Shown in pieces: positions 49,083 through 62,090 of a stretch of 64,000 nucleotides of DNA. The notes under the pieces are model-generated. The model was not told the origin of the DNA, did no database searches, and worked only from the letters and a program-made list of their open reading frames with translations. Numbering within the stretch: the first letter of the stretch is position 1; every line of letters begins with the position of its first letter. A program made the translations under genes and the position numbers. This stretch comes from Harriotta raleighana (taxonomy: Eukaryota), in NCBI GenBank assembly GCA_050575255.1, contig JBNZDD010013698.1:6008586-6072585 (forward strand), in the 5' to 3' direction.

Positions 49083-51160
49083 TTTCTTAAAAAGTAACTA
49101 TCATAAATAATTCACGCAATCTGGATGTTAACAGCAAAGCCCTAAAATATTGCAGTAATTAAAACCACTTATTGTTATCAAAGGCTTGGCGCCCTTCAGC
49201 TCATATCAATGAATTTGTCACAAAACTCTTTGGGTGCCAGCCAAGTAGACATCTTGAAAACGTGGTTTATGAAAATTTGGATTTGTAGGTACTTGCTATT
49301 TTCCCAGAAAGTTCTTTTTAGGGGAGGCAGGGAGTGATGTCTTAGGTTCTCTGTCACATGATGCTCCCCAACAACAACCACAAAATTACATTTGTATCGC
49401 GTCTTTCACATCAGAAGATTTTAATAGATTTTGGATGGGAATATCAATAGTAGTTCAGTTTCACTACACATTTCATGTATTGTTCAATGATTCAAAATGT
49501 ACAGTGAAGCTACAGCTGTTCAATATTTCATGTTGATTGTGGGGCCATTGCTTCAGCTTCACACGGGTTGTGGTATATCCACAGTGAATTGCAAAACCAA
49601 CTGTTTCAGATCAAAGTTTGAAGAGATCCCTTGTAGTCTGCTAGACTGCTTTTATATTTTAAATATAAGGAATCCAGTTAGAAATCCTACCAAATATGCA
49701 GGAACTCTGTTGTGGAAGTAGATCAAGTCAAGTCCCTGGTATCAGAGAGGCATCCTTTATTTGGTCCACTTGGATTCCCTATTAAAGATTTTTTTTCTCT
49801 CCTTTTACACTCATTTGTACAGTATTCAGTTTTGTCTCTTCTGGATTAACGTGACTATATATTTTAAACAACAATATACAGTACAGTATATACAAAAACT
49901 ATACTCCCAATCCTAATCTGAACAGTTTGCTTTTGTAAAACCGCTAGCACAACTTTAGATTTCACTGTATGTTGGTGCTATTTTTAAAGTTAATCCCAGA
50001 AGCATTACAGTTTCGGAGATTGAAGTAGGCCATATAAAATGATGGATTTAGGGAATTAATTTCCATGTCCATTTATCAACAGGGAATCTTATGAAATGCA
50101 GGAATCTCCAATTCTAGTAAGTCCTGTAGCATTAGTCTAGTATTAGCAATGTTTCCATTTATAAGTACGACAATTATATAATGTACTGGCTTCCTCGAAA
50201 GAGAAGATAGGTGCAGTATTTTTTCTAATATTGCATATCCACTGCCTTTCTATTGTCTAGTATAATGTGTACACCTTTGCAGAATCGGTTTCTCATTTAA
50301 AGTGCAGTTTGCTCAATTGAGATTTATTTAGCTCAAACTGGCTTCTTGTCCATTTTTATTACAAATTTGCACCCGAGTTGCTTCCTTTCTTTACATTCCC
50401 TTTTCCTGTGTTTCTTACATTGTGAAATGCATTATTCAGCCTCCCCAGCTCTGGCTGCAAGTGTGTCTCTTTATAGGAAAGGTATGCAACTATCCATTAC
50501 AACATCAAGCTGTTTCTCTTTAAAGTCTTTCGATACAATTAAATCAAATAAATCATTCTCAATGTGCAGGACATGATGTATGCAAAGCCTTCATTTCTGT
50601 CATTCTCTTTCAGGTCTGCTATATTATACAGCTGTTTTTAACATCATGGTAAAAGTGCACAAACTCCATATGAATGACAGATGACATGAAATCAAAGTCT
50701 TGTAAAGGTGGGACTCAATAGTTTGTTTTTGTTGAATGTTATATTTCTAAAACAATGTTTTTAAAGCTGTTTTGGTCATTTTGGACATCTAAGATGTTAT
50801 AATTGATGTTATTTCAGTATGAGTTGTTAACATCTGTTAGTTAAACCACAGAACAGTTATTAAATGTTTGTGTGATAGACTGTCTAGAAAAAAGGAGGAA
50901 GATTACCTTTACGCTTTTCAAACTAAATTGGATCTTTAGGAAAAATAATATGCCTCCTGCACAATATGGAGGATGACATGGAACTACATTTGATATACTT
51001 CCCCAACATGTCTGTCATAATTGAGATCTGTGAGATCCATAGCCCTGTTCCTCTCTCAGATATTTGAAATATTTGAGATTTTGGAATTAATGGTTGGATT
51101 CCTTTCTAAGCTATATGAGATCAATGGCCAGGTTCCTCTATTAACTATGTGAGATAAATA

Positions 51161-51784
51161 CAGTAAAACCTTGTTTATCCGGCACGCTCGGGGGGGGGGG
51201 GGGTGGGGGGNNNNNNNNNNNNNNNNNNNNNNNNNNNNNNNNNNNNNNNNNNNNNNNNNNNNNNNNNNNNNNNNNNNNNNNNNNNNNNNNNNNNNNNNNN
51301 NNNNNNNNNNNNNNNNNNNNNNNNNNNNNNNNNNNNNNNNNNNNNNNNNNNNNNNNNNNNNNNNNNNNNNNNNNNNNNNNNNNNNNNNNNNNNNNNNNNN
51401 NNNNNNNNNNNTGTCGACTAATTGACGGTGCCGGATAAACGAGGGATATCAATCAATAAAAGTCATCGAAAACCCGACATAAAAATTTAACTGATTTTAA
51501 AACATACCATGTTAATAATACACTACATAGTAACAGAATATTGGATGGGTACTTACCAACAAAGCATTCTAGCAGAGTCAGGAAAAAATCGCTAATGCTG
51601 CATTTTTTACCGATCAGTAAAATACCTAAGTGCGTAAGTTTACTAAGGGAGCATGCGCACGCATTGCACACATGCGCAAAGTGAGCAAACTCGCGATTCT
51701 GGAATGGGGAATTGTCCTGGGAGGGGGTCGAGCAATTGAATCGAGTCACAGTTGATCGGGTCACGGATAAACAAGGTTTTACTG
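51161..51784. mobile_element. Young Tigger/pogo-like non-autonomous DNA transposon spanning a gap
   Basis: Perfect 21-bp TIR CAGTAAAACCTTGTTTATCCG at both ends, TA TSD, CpG-rich interior, subterminal CCGGATAAAC repeat. Confidence 0.92.
51211..51411. other. Assembly gap (N run) following poly-G
   Basis: 201 consecutive N. Confidence 1.
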
Positions 51785-52814
51785 TAATCGGTGAGATACA
51801 TGAGATCAGTGATCAGGTTCTTCTCTTGAATGTATGAGATCAAATGGTTAGGTATCTCTCTGAGCCTTCTCCACTTTTGGTATATCAATCAATAAAAGGA
51901 CACAAGTTGTCTTTACTGGACATCTATCTGTTCTATCTATCTGACATTAGTTGAAGAGCTTATGACTTGATTGTCCCACATTTAATTTAGCAATGTATCT
52001 GATCTCATCTGTAGTATTTTGTGTTTTGTATCTGATCTCATGGTAGTTTTCTCAATGGCCTTGCTTTGTGTTTGGTTCTGTGAACTGTCTGCTTTCCAGT
52101 GGAAATGAACACTTCACTTTTTTCCTCCCTCTATGCTCTCAATTTTATTTGTCATGGTTTGGCACAAATTAGGAATAAAATACATGGAATATCACATCAT
52201 TGAATTTAGGATCTCATGACTCTTGTCATCGCTCACTTCATTAACATGCGACTCCCTCACGTAATCTTTATTTTTTGAACTCTATGAACACTAAAAGCAA
52301 CTATACAATTTGACTTCTGTGAGTTTATTTGATTAGGTCTAGTTATAGATAGAATTGGATACATGCTGGATGGGGTGGAGGCAGAGAAGTGAAATTGCAA
52401 GAAATACAACATTTAATTTTCTAACCTATTTTATTTGAAGTTTGCTGTTGGGATTGAACTACATGCCTCAGAAAGTGGCAATGTTACGTTGGTGCCTCAC
52501 TATCACAAACAGTGCCTCGAGATGTAAGTTGAATGCTCGTCAATTCTTGGGTTGGAGAACTTGCTTAAATTCAAGTCAACGTGATTTACAGTTTAAGATG
52601 AAAAGGTCTTGTCTGAGATGACAAGGTGCCATTAACATTATTGCTTTCCTGAGAGGTCTTTTGTTCAACCCCAGTACTGTATTACTTAGACATAATGTAA
52701 ATCAAACTTAAAACATATAAACAAACTAAGTTTAAAGCCCCATTCTCATCACAAGACAAAATACGCAGATGGATTTGTGGAGAGTGGAATATCTCAGGAA
52801 ACTAAATTTAAAGC

Positions 52815-53060
52815 TGCATTAAATGAGAGCACTGTGAGAATGTTGCTTCATTAGAGATGTCGTCTTTCAGATCAGATGTTAAACTGAGGCCCCATCTTAC
52901 AGTTCAAAAGATCCGGTGATACTACAATAATTGAAAAGTCAAGACTTTTCTCCAATGTCCCAGCTAACAATCCTCCAGATCATTTGATCATTTATGTCAC
53001 AGTTGTTCATGGAACACTATTGATGCAAACAGCTGCCACATTTTCAATACACAAATAGTG
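52815..53060 (+). mobile_element. Deu-domain SINE fragment
   Basis: GAGATGTCGTCTTTCAGATCAGATGTTAAACTGAGGCCCCATCT. Confidence 0.7.
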
Positions 53061-53099
53061 ACTTTGTAATTATTTTTTAATGTAATTATTAGTAATTAT

Positions 53100-53355
53100 T
53101 AGCAGTACTTTCAAGCATATCCTGCACTACGTTCCATGAGTCTATCACCCACATTCTTGAACAGCTGCACTAACTCCCCATCACACAGCAGATCCCATTA
53201 TACATGAAGATCCTCATCCTATCCTTTAAATGCCTCCATGGACTTCCGGCCCATCCCCACCCCCGTGACCTCACAGCTTACCCACTCTCTCCATTCAGTC
53301 TGCTTTATATTCTGCCCCCACACCAAACATTCCAGCACTGATAGTGGGGCTTTCA
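53100..53355 (+). mobile_element. Old L2 ORF2 C-terminal fragment
   Basis: ATCACCCACATTCTTGAACAGCTGCAC...AAGATCCTCATCCTATCCTTTAAATGCCTCCATGGACT (ITxILxxLH...KILILxFKxLHG). Confidence 0.7.
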
Positions 53356-54889
53356 TGTGGAAAGTTTTGATATCGAGACCAATATTCATCAATATTCATG
53401 TGATATTTTTCATGCTGTTATTGTATCTTCGCGCACACAACATAACTACTGTATAATTATGCAGGTGTACCCTTATCGCAATTGAAACACATATAAAGAA
53501 TGTGGGTTGACGTTTCCCAGTTTATTGCACTTCATCACCATGGCATAAAGCATTTACAGAGATCTCATAGGCATGCGACCAATCCATTGTAGGCTCAGGA
53601 ATTTGATACATTTAGTTACTGATCTAGGAAGTCTGAGATCGCGCCAGGCAATTTCATTGAATCACAATGGATCCTGAATTGTTTTCAGTCAGGCGCAAAG
53701 GAGCTTCTACAGTGTGCTTTGAATGTGTCAATCTTACTGCTAAATTGGTTTAAGTTATTTGGAGCTGTCAATCCTCAGTGACTGGAATCTGTAAGGCCCA
53801 ATTTTAGTACTGACCAGCATCCATAGAGAAAAATCTATATTCTTCAGATTATGTTAAAATCTTGCCATTTAATTTATCCCTGACATCACGGTTGCTTTTT
53901 TGTTGCAATTCTGATCACCTCAATAAGAGGAGCCTGGGTGATAGAGTGAATTATAACAAACGGAAGCACTCTGTGAGAAATGCGCTGGAGAAATTTCTAC
54001 CATTGTGTAACATGGCACAATTTGTAGGTATACATGTGTACTGCTGGGAGTGATGCTATTTCACTCCCAGTAAAGTAGAGTGAAAATCTCGTTGTAAAAA
54101 CTTTCCACTCTAAATAGGATTGTTTCAAACAGCTGATTTGGGCATGCTAAATTTCCTTGGTCCAGTCAGGGCAGAATCCTGCAAGCCAGCCTGACGTGGA
54201 ACATGCTTCTAGTTACTAAGAATCGCCAATCTTTTAAATTAATCACTGAACATTATACACCTATTCATTCAACAGGAACTCTCTGCATAGAACTCACATC
54301 TCAGTCATTAACATGCTAAAGACCCTTGATATCATTCCAATACTTTGATTTAAGGGTCTGATAAAAGAATTTGGAATTCAGATGAGATTATTCCAGCAGT
54401 GGATCCAACAGCACCATAGGCTCAAATGCCCTTCTATCCTGTCACTTATATGAATCTATTACTTCAGGTCATGTAAAATCTGTGTCATGTAGGAGCCATC
54501 AATGTTGGGTCTTCATTAGTAGCCTGTTGGAGGAATGCCCTTGGATCCAGGAAAACAGCCAGGAAGCCTGTTGCTTCTTACCATTGCATTAATTTGCTTC
54601 CACATAAAGTCCTATAAAACATTTCTATTAATATTGGAAACTGCTTTGTGAGTGCCACATTTACGATCATGAATCTCAACTTTAGCCATTGCTGCACCAA
54701 TTATATTAAAAACCTAATTATAATCCTTACACTTGATACACTTCACATCAGGTGGACATTTTATAGAGGATATTCTGTAAAATGGAATGAATGTGTACTT
54801 TATGGCAAACATGGCAGTCAATTTCTACCCAGTCAATTTCTACCCTGATTTCAGTTGTTGAAATGGTTTTAGTTTTTCTTTGTAAATGC

Positions 54890-55260
54890 AACTACTGAGC
54901 CGTATTCTCAACCCATATTGACCAAATTCAAAATCCTCCTCCCCACCTTTAAAAGCCTCTATATTGCACCAATGTATCTCTGTGACGACCCTATTCCCGA
55001 GCCAATCCAGGGCAGCTTTATGCACCTTGCTATTCTACCACATCCTCAGGAGACATCCTCTTTTTCTGAAATCCTTCTTCCATCTGACCTCTTCAATCTC
55101 TGTTTTCAAATACTGCCTGAAATCCTACCTCTTTGACTACACTTAAAGCCAACTCCATCCCTTTACTCCCACTTTCTCCCAGTGCAAGTCAATCATTGTA
55201 AATCACTCTGAGAAATTCTCCCAAAGTAAAGGATGCTACACAAGTATAAATTGTTGGAGG
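54890..55260 (+). mobile_element. Old L2 3' fragment
   Basis: KFKILLPTFKSL..AP.YLCD motif, CTGAAATCCTACCTCTTTGAC and degraded tail. Confidence 0.65.
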
Positions 55261-57937
55261 TGGTGTTATCCCTATAGATATATTGGCATTCAGGCTCATT
55301 TGATTGGGTAACGATCCATTGAAGGAAATAACAAAGCCAACATCAGCAAAAAGTCTTCTGATGTGTCAGTTGCAGCAGTCACGATTTGCAACCAAAGCAT
55401 GAGATTTACATTTGTGGAGCGGAGACACAAATGAATCATAAAAGACGGGAAAAGTATTATGTTGAGGGTTGAAATTTAATTTAAAAAGGGACCAACTCAC
55501 ACGCTGTAATTGTGGAAACGAATGAGATACAACCCACTGACAAAAATAAACTGAGTCTTTGAATTAGAATGTATAATTTAGTGGCAATTTGCATCATTGC
55601 CAAACGAATTGACTCATGGTCCTGATTGCCTGCCTACATTGCTCAGGCACATTTCTTGATGAGCTGATCAATGAATAATCTTGACGGTATCCATGGAGAT
55701 GGATGTTCACTTTGCTGTCTGTATTACAGTGTATATCGTGATCATTGAAGTGCAGGTTTTCTAGTGAGGCTTTGCTCTATCCTTTCCATGGCTGAATACA
55801 ATCCCTTAAGTGTGGTCCAACTTGTCGAAACCTACCATTCCTATGTTATCCGGCATGGATTTAAATCAAAGTTGTTGTTGTATTTTCAGTGTCACTGTAT
55901 ATGAAACCTAGAAACCTTTGAGAAACTGGATTTTGGGGTAACTTCCACAGTTGTCAGAAAAGCCACAGAAATACAGTAGTTGGTGAAAAATGTTTCTTTT
56001 CAGGAGTATCAAAAGGTGTATAACTTCTTGATGGTCAAGGCACCAATTTTCTGTAGCAACAGGCCATACAACCTGAAAATTAAGGCATACGTTTGGCTTT
56101 GGATAGCGTTTGGCTTTGGTTCCTCCCAGGATAGTCCTCACTCTTGAGGCTCACACGTGATTAATAGCCACTCAAACAAGTAACAGATCAGGTAGTAATA
56201 ATAATAAGAAGAAGAATCATCCAAAAGAAGGGGGAAATAAGATTCAAGAACTGTTGGAAAAGGGAGTGAAGAAACAGTTGGGAAGAACACAAAAGAAGGT
56301 GCTTTAAAACTACATATCACCTGCCCTCAACACCTTGAACATCCTCCTGACATGGAAGGGGTTATATATATATACAATGTGTATTGTACTGTATTATATT
56401 GTATTGTACTGTATTATACTGTATTTGGTTAATGAACATTTCAAAAATATAAAGGAAAGGATGCATACAGTGTGTTTTTTATCGATTTCAAATTTAACAC
56501 ATTTGTCTAGTGCCTTTCATGTTGGGTGATGTGTCAGAGCACTTCACAGAGATGGGGTTGGACACCGAGTTGGGGTCGGGGGAGGGGAGAGGGAATTAGC
56601 CACAGGCGCGTTGATAGAGGTAGGATTTGAACACAACATCCAAATAGACACACAAAAACTTGACGTTGATGTAAATGACATTTCAGACTCAGCTGATATT
56701 TGTAGGCTTCGCTCAGAGAATAAACATACCAGAGGAATCCACTAGGCATTTCCTCACTGTGGTAACAGTTCCCTAAAGGGTTCGATACTGTGAAGATGTA
56801 TCCATGCAGTGCAAGCAAGTCAGGCTGAAAGAATTTGGGACAAGAATGTTAAGGTGAACTTGACATAAACTGCCAGCAAGAGAGAGCTCACGATTAACTG
56901 GTAAAAGCACTATTGCTTTATCCACACATTGCAAACTACACAGCCATAAATGTTAGATCAACATTTTCTTTCCTTACAAAAAATAGCAGCAGTCAAGTGA
57001 GAGATCCCGGTTGATCACATCACAGATTTTCAATGTGATGATAGGAGACAAAGCTGAGCACAGCGTCGGTGATTAGAATTGATTTTTCTTACTGCTGGAG
57101 AGAGGATGACTCGAGCGGAATGGAAAAAAATATTTAGACTCTGTAACCATATCACTATTGTGCCTCCCAATCTACCTCCATGTCATTATAGATACTGTCA
57201 CAATTCGCAGGACTCCCACACAAACGCAGTTAGAACTGAGTGATGACAGAACTTCTAATGTCTCTTGACATGACGAGAGGAGCCAGCAAAAGGTCACAGA
57301 ATCCGCCAGCTGTGTTTTAAGAAGGAGTCGAGAAATAATGAAGGGTGCAAAATACTAGAGTGAGCATGGAATAATTACCATGGGATTGCGATGGGATAAA
57401 AGTAGATAGTAAGTAAAGGCACAAGGGAAAATGTTCCCCCAGGTAAATTATGACATTTGTCAACAAGCTTTTTATTATATAGCATATTTTTGGTGGTGTT
57501 TCTTTAAGAAACTGAAAATGCAATTTTCCAATTGGTGCAGATAGTAAGTAAACAGATATGAATCACTAACGTTTTGTTTCCTTATCTACAAAATAAAATC
57601 CCAGGTATTTTCTTTTTTGATTTGAGATCCATCAATTATGTGTGTTTATATTTAAAAAAGAGAAAAAAATTAAAGCGAAAGAAACTGACCCAACACAAAT
57701 GTGTAAATTAAGCGTCTTCCCAGTATCTTGGGAAATCCTCCCAGGGTGAAAGGTGCAACACAAATGTAACTTGTTGTTGTAAATTCTGTGAAAAGCAGTA
57801 CAGAATCAGGGTTTATTTTGGACCATCTAAAGAAAAACTCAAGTGATTTTCTTTCTTAACGTTTAATGTGGTCAGAGAACACCACAATATTTTTACAGCA
57901 CACCTTCAAACAACTCCTCCACTCCTCCAGTTGTGTG

Positions 57938-58290
57938 TCAGTCCGACTCAGTTGGAAGCACTCTTTGCTCTGAATCAGAAGTTTGTGAGACCACATTGGT
58001 TCTTGCAATTTGAGATAGTCTAGACTGACACTGCAATGCAGTACTAGGGGTGCTTTGCACTGTTGGAGAGCTGTCCTTCAAATGAAATGTTAAACAGAGG
58101 CCTGTCAGCCTATTCAGGTGGATGTTAAAGATCCAATGGCACCATTCAAAAAGAGAAAGGGATTTCCCCCTAGTGTTCTGGGCAATAAACTCCCAAATAA
58201 AATTGGTCATTCACTTAATGTTTTGGGACATTGTTGTGAGCAACTTGTTAGTTGCATTTACCAACAACCACTTCACTTTACAGTGAATTG
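57938..58290 (+). mobile_element. Near full-length Deu-domain SINE
   Basis: Head GACTCAGTTGGAAGCACTCTTTGCTCTGAATCAGAAG, Deu core TCAGGTGGATGTTAAAGATCCAATGGCACCATTCAAAAAGAG; 3' part resembles the dominant SINE. Confidence 0.8.
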
Positions 58291-58294
58291 GCTT

Positions 58295-58890
58295 CCACCA
58301 GCACCACTGTACATCACCATCCACAGATGTACACTCCACATACCAAGCCAGTCAGGAACCTTGGCATCTTGTTCGACCCTCAACTGTCCCTTCTCCCCCA
58401 TATTCATGCTATGACCTGCTCTGCCCTCCCCCACTTCTGCAACATTGCCTGACTCACCTATTGTCTCACCCCCCAGGCTACTGAAACCCACATACATGGC
58501 TTTATTACATCCATGCTCAACTATGTCAATGCCCTTGTTCTTCCACTAGCTGCAGATTAGCCATGGTCTTTTTCATCCCTACCTCTGTGACCTGCTAACT
58601 CCATACCAATCTATTCACTCCCTCCACCTACTTCATGTTTCCTGCCCTGTCCCTTTCACCATTGTCAGTCAGGCCTTCAGCCTCTCTGCCCCCACCCTCT
58701 GGAACTCCAACCCACATTTCATACACCCTCCCTTGCCTCCTTCAAGGCCGGCCTCAAGACTCTCCTCTTCAACCGTGCCTTCAGCTACCATATCTGTCCT
58801 TCATCCTCCCTAATCCCAACACTTCCCCATTTGCTTCAGTCATAATGCCTGACTGTTCAGCGCCTTGGGATGTCCTTTACAAATGAAATT
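58295..58890 (+). mobile_element. Internally deleted L2 3' fragment
   Basis: VRNLGILFDPQLSLLPHI (L2 RT C-terminal motif) followed by 3' end and tail. Confidence 0.85.
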
Positions 58891-58891
58891 T

Positions 58892-59667
58892 TAATAATAA
58901 TAATCCTTGCATTTGATATAGCGCCTTATCATGTCTTCTAAATGTCTCAAAGCACTTTAGAGAATATATTATAAAGTGAATTGCTCCACGTCCCTCAACC
59001 CACCTGCCCCACCATTGGTGGGCGAGCCTTCAACCACTCTGCCCCCAACCTCTGGAACTCCATCCCGTAGTTCTTCTGCCTCGCCCACTCCCTGGCCTCA
59101 ACACCCTCCTCTTCGACAGTCCCATCGGTCATCCCAAATCCCCCCCCTTTCCCTCCACCCTTCCCATTCCCAACCCCAGCTGGGGTCTGAAACAATGACT
59201 ACCCAGCACTTTGGGTCATCCTCCTGATGTAAAAGGCTCTATACAAGTGTAATTTTGTTGTTGTTGTATATTGTGGACAAAATGCTTGTGGGACAGCTGT
59301 GTGCTACAAACAGTCATGGATTGAAATGACCAATTTTTATTATTGTTTTTTAGAGTTTATTATCAGNCCCCTTTCCCTCCACCCTTCCCATTCCCAACCC
59401 CAGCTGGGGTCTGAAACAATGACTACCCAGCACTTTGGGTCATCCTCCTGATGTAAAAGGCTCTATACAAGTGTAATTTTGTTGTTGTTGTATATTGTGG
59501 ACAAAATGCTTGTGGGACAGCTGGATTGAAATGACCAATTTTTATTATTGTTTTTTAGAGTTTATTATCAGGTGTGTGGAATAAGGAAACTTGATAAAGG
59601 TTTCACCCTGCCTAAATTCGAACCCAGGTCTCTTGCTTGTGAGGCGAGTGCTCTAACCACTGAGCTC
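58892..59667 (-). mobile_element. SINE (minus) interrupted by an L2 3' end (plus, about 58984-59265); region partly duplicated around N at 59367
   Basis: SINE tail 58892-58983 resumes at TATATTGTGG after the L2 (TTG)n; head at about 59667. Confidence 0.85.
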
Positions 59668-61829
59668 ATGACAAATGAACTCCTCCATTTTTTATTGTAT
59701 CCTGTGAAGCATTTGGGACAGATATTGCCTGAAATAAAGGGCGCTATACCAAATGTAAAATTAAGAATGGGATAGATAATAGCAATTACAACAACAATAA
59801 CAAAAACAACAACAAAATTACATCTGTATAGCGCCTTTCACATTGGGAGGACGTCCCAAGACACTGGGGTTAAATAATCAAACACGCTTGTGGGGCTAAG
59901 ACATTTTATTGGGGGAATAGTTGGCCAGAACACTAGGAGAAATTCACTTCTCTTTTTGAATAGTGTCATAGGATTTTTAGCATCCACCTGAAACTTGTTA
60001 CAAGCATACAGAACAATGCTAAAGCCATCTGAGCACTATCCGAGGGTGCAAAAGTGACATGTGAATTTGCAATCAATTGTAGGACTACAATTCACATCCC
60101 AGAAGCCTGAAAAAAATCTGAAAAGTAAGAGTTTAGGAGCATTCTGGAGAATTTTACTTTATAAACTAATATTTTCACAAAACTGATACCTAAAATGAAA
60201 ATTGTTTTTAAAAAAGTCTTTATATGTTATGACATAAAAGTTACATCACAGTAACGTTTCCTATTTATGTAACCACAACGGACGTGCATTTTCATAATGT
60301 CCTTCACACCAGATGGTGTCTGGGAGTGCTTGTAGCGCTTGTCCCATTAAGAGGATGTCTCAAGAGTTTCACATAACTAATTGGAGCTTGGGTTGGAGCA
60401 AGGGAACATGGGGGAGAGTGGCCGAAACCACATTGCATTAATAACGTTTCAAGGCTAAGGTTTTGAAAGCTCTAGGAGAAAGGCATGTGGAGCGGGAATC
60501 CATGATAGAGTTCCATAGAGACTGGAGGCTGGGCGTATGCTGACCAACGGTGGATTGGATGGGCGGAGGACATGAAGCAATTATGAAATTTATTTAACTA
60601 AGCTGCACAAGAATCAAACTACAATATTCTACACTTCTTGCAATCTACTCCCAATATTAATTTGGATTTACTGTGAAAATGACAGAAAGAGCATGTGTCC
60701 CACATTGTTTATAAGAGCAAATGAATCAAAAGAACTGCTGTTACAGAACTCCAGAATATGGCAGATGTGTAAATAAATGCTTCAGATTAGTTTTCACAGT
60801 GAACTCTGCGGTCAAATTCCAGATCCAATCGTTATGGCTTAGGAATCTTTTTACACAGCAAATACAAGGAGAGAATGTTTGCGTGTACAAATTCAAAATT
60901 TACAAGACCACCAGGGCAGGTGAGACTCCAGGAACCCTCAAGGAAATGTGAGAGGAAATAGGTGAGGTTCTGGTTAATATTTTTTTAGGAGTTCCCTAAA
61001 GACCGAAGCTGCATCTGTAGACTGGAAGCTAGCAATTGATATCTCAACATCTCAAAAAAAACAGTGTAACTTGAAGCTGGAATTTATACACTAATGTCCC
61101 TCCAGAATAGGACAGCGTGAAGAATGATTTAAGGGGGTGAGTCAAATTCTGACCCAAGCAATGAACCGGGTGAAATTCACGCTGCCGATTTCAGTGAGCT
61201 AGAATGACAGGCAGTTCTAGGACTCCAATCAACAATCTTTTTTACATTATATCTAACAGTCAAGCTACATTGCTATTACCAATTTTGATTTACTTCTAAA
61301 TCAAAGTTAAATCTACCAGATCGATGTCTCTAGAAATAACACACAAAATACTGAAATTTTGAACTAATCAGCCGTAAACCATTTAGAATAATTTTGCTGA
61401 TTAAATTTCAAAATAAAAGACATTAAATTAATCTAGACATGCAGTGGCTGAGCAGGAGTGAATAGGTTTAATATCCATGGTAGCTGCTATTTTAGAATAA
61501 TTTCCGACAAGAAAAGTGTTGTTTTATAATAAATAATCTTGTCATTGGATATGGTGCTTCTAACGTCAATGATGTCTCAAAGTGTTTCACAATGATACTG
61601 CGAAGTTTAATAGCAATATTTTTAGGCAAATGGAGAAGCCAATTTACCCAAAGCAATATACCACAAATAGCCCTGACGTGAATGATCGATATTTATTCAA
61701 TACAATTTACATTCATATAGCACTTATCATATCAGGAGGACAACTCAAAGTTCTTGACACTGCTAAGATGGCACCTGAAGGGGAGTGGGAGCCTGAAGGG
61801 AGTGGACAGCAAAAACATAACCAAATTAT

Positions 61830-62090
61830 GGTGAAAGAGGTATATTTATCTGGCGGATAGTTGGTCTGAACATGTGGAGAATTTTCCTTTTCTAGTTGAA
61901 TAATGCCATGGAATCTCTAACGTCCATCTGGAACAGGCAAATTGAACATCAATTTAAAGTTCAAAGGACAGTACCTTTGACAATAGAGTGTCATCTTAGA
62001 TTAAGATTTCAAAGTCCTGTTGGACAGTTTTAATCCAAAATGATCCAACCCTGAAGCAAAAGTGATATAAACTGAGCCAGACTGACACAC
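61830..62090 (-). mobile_element. Degenerate Deu-domain SINE
   Basis: Plus-strand TGCCATGGAATCTCTAACGTCCATCTGGAACAGGCA...AAAGGACAGTACCTTTGACAAT is the reverse complement of the Deu core. Confidence 0.6.

Noticed and set aside
57192-57268. Plus-strand terminal exon candidate DTVTIRRTPTQTQLELSDDRTSNVS*
   Set aside because: Short, unrecognised and not linked to any supported upstream exon
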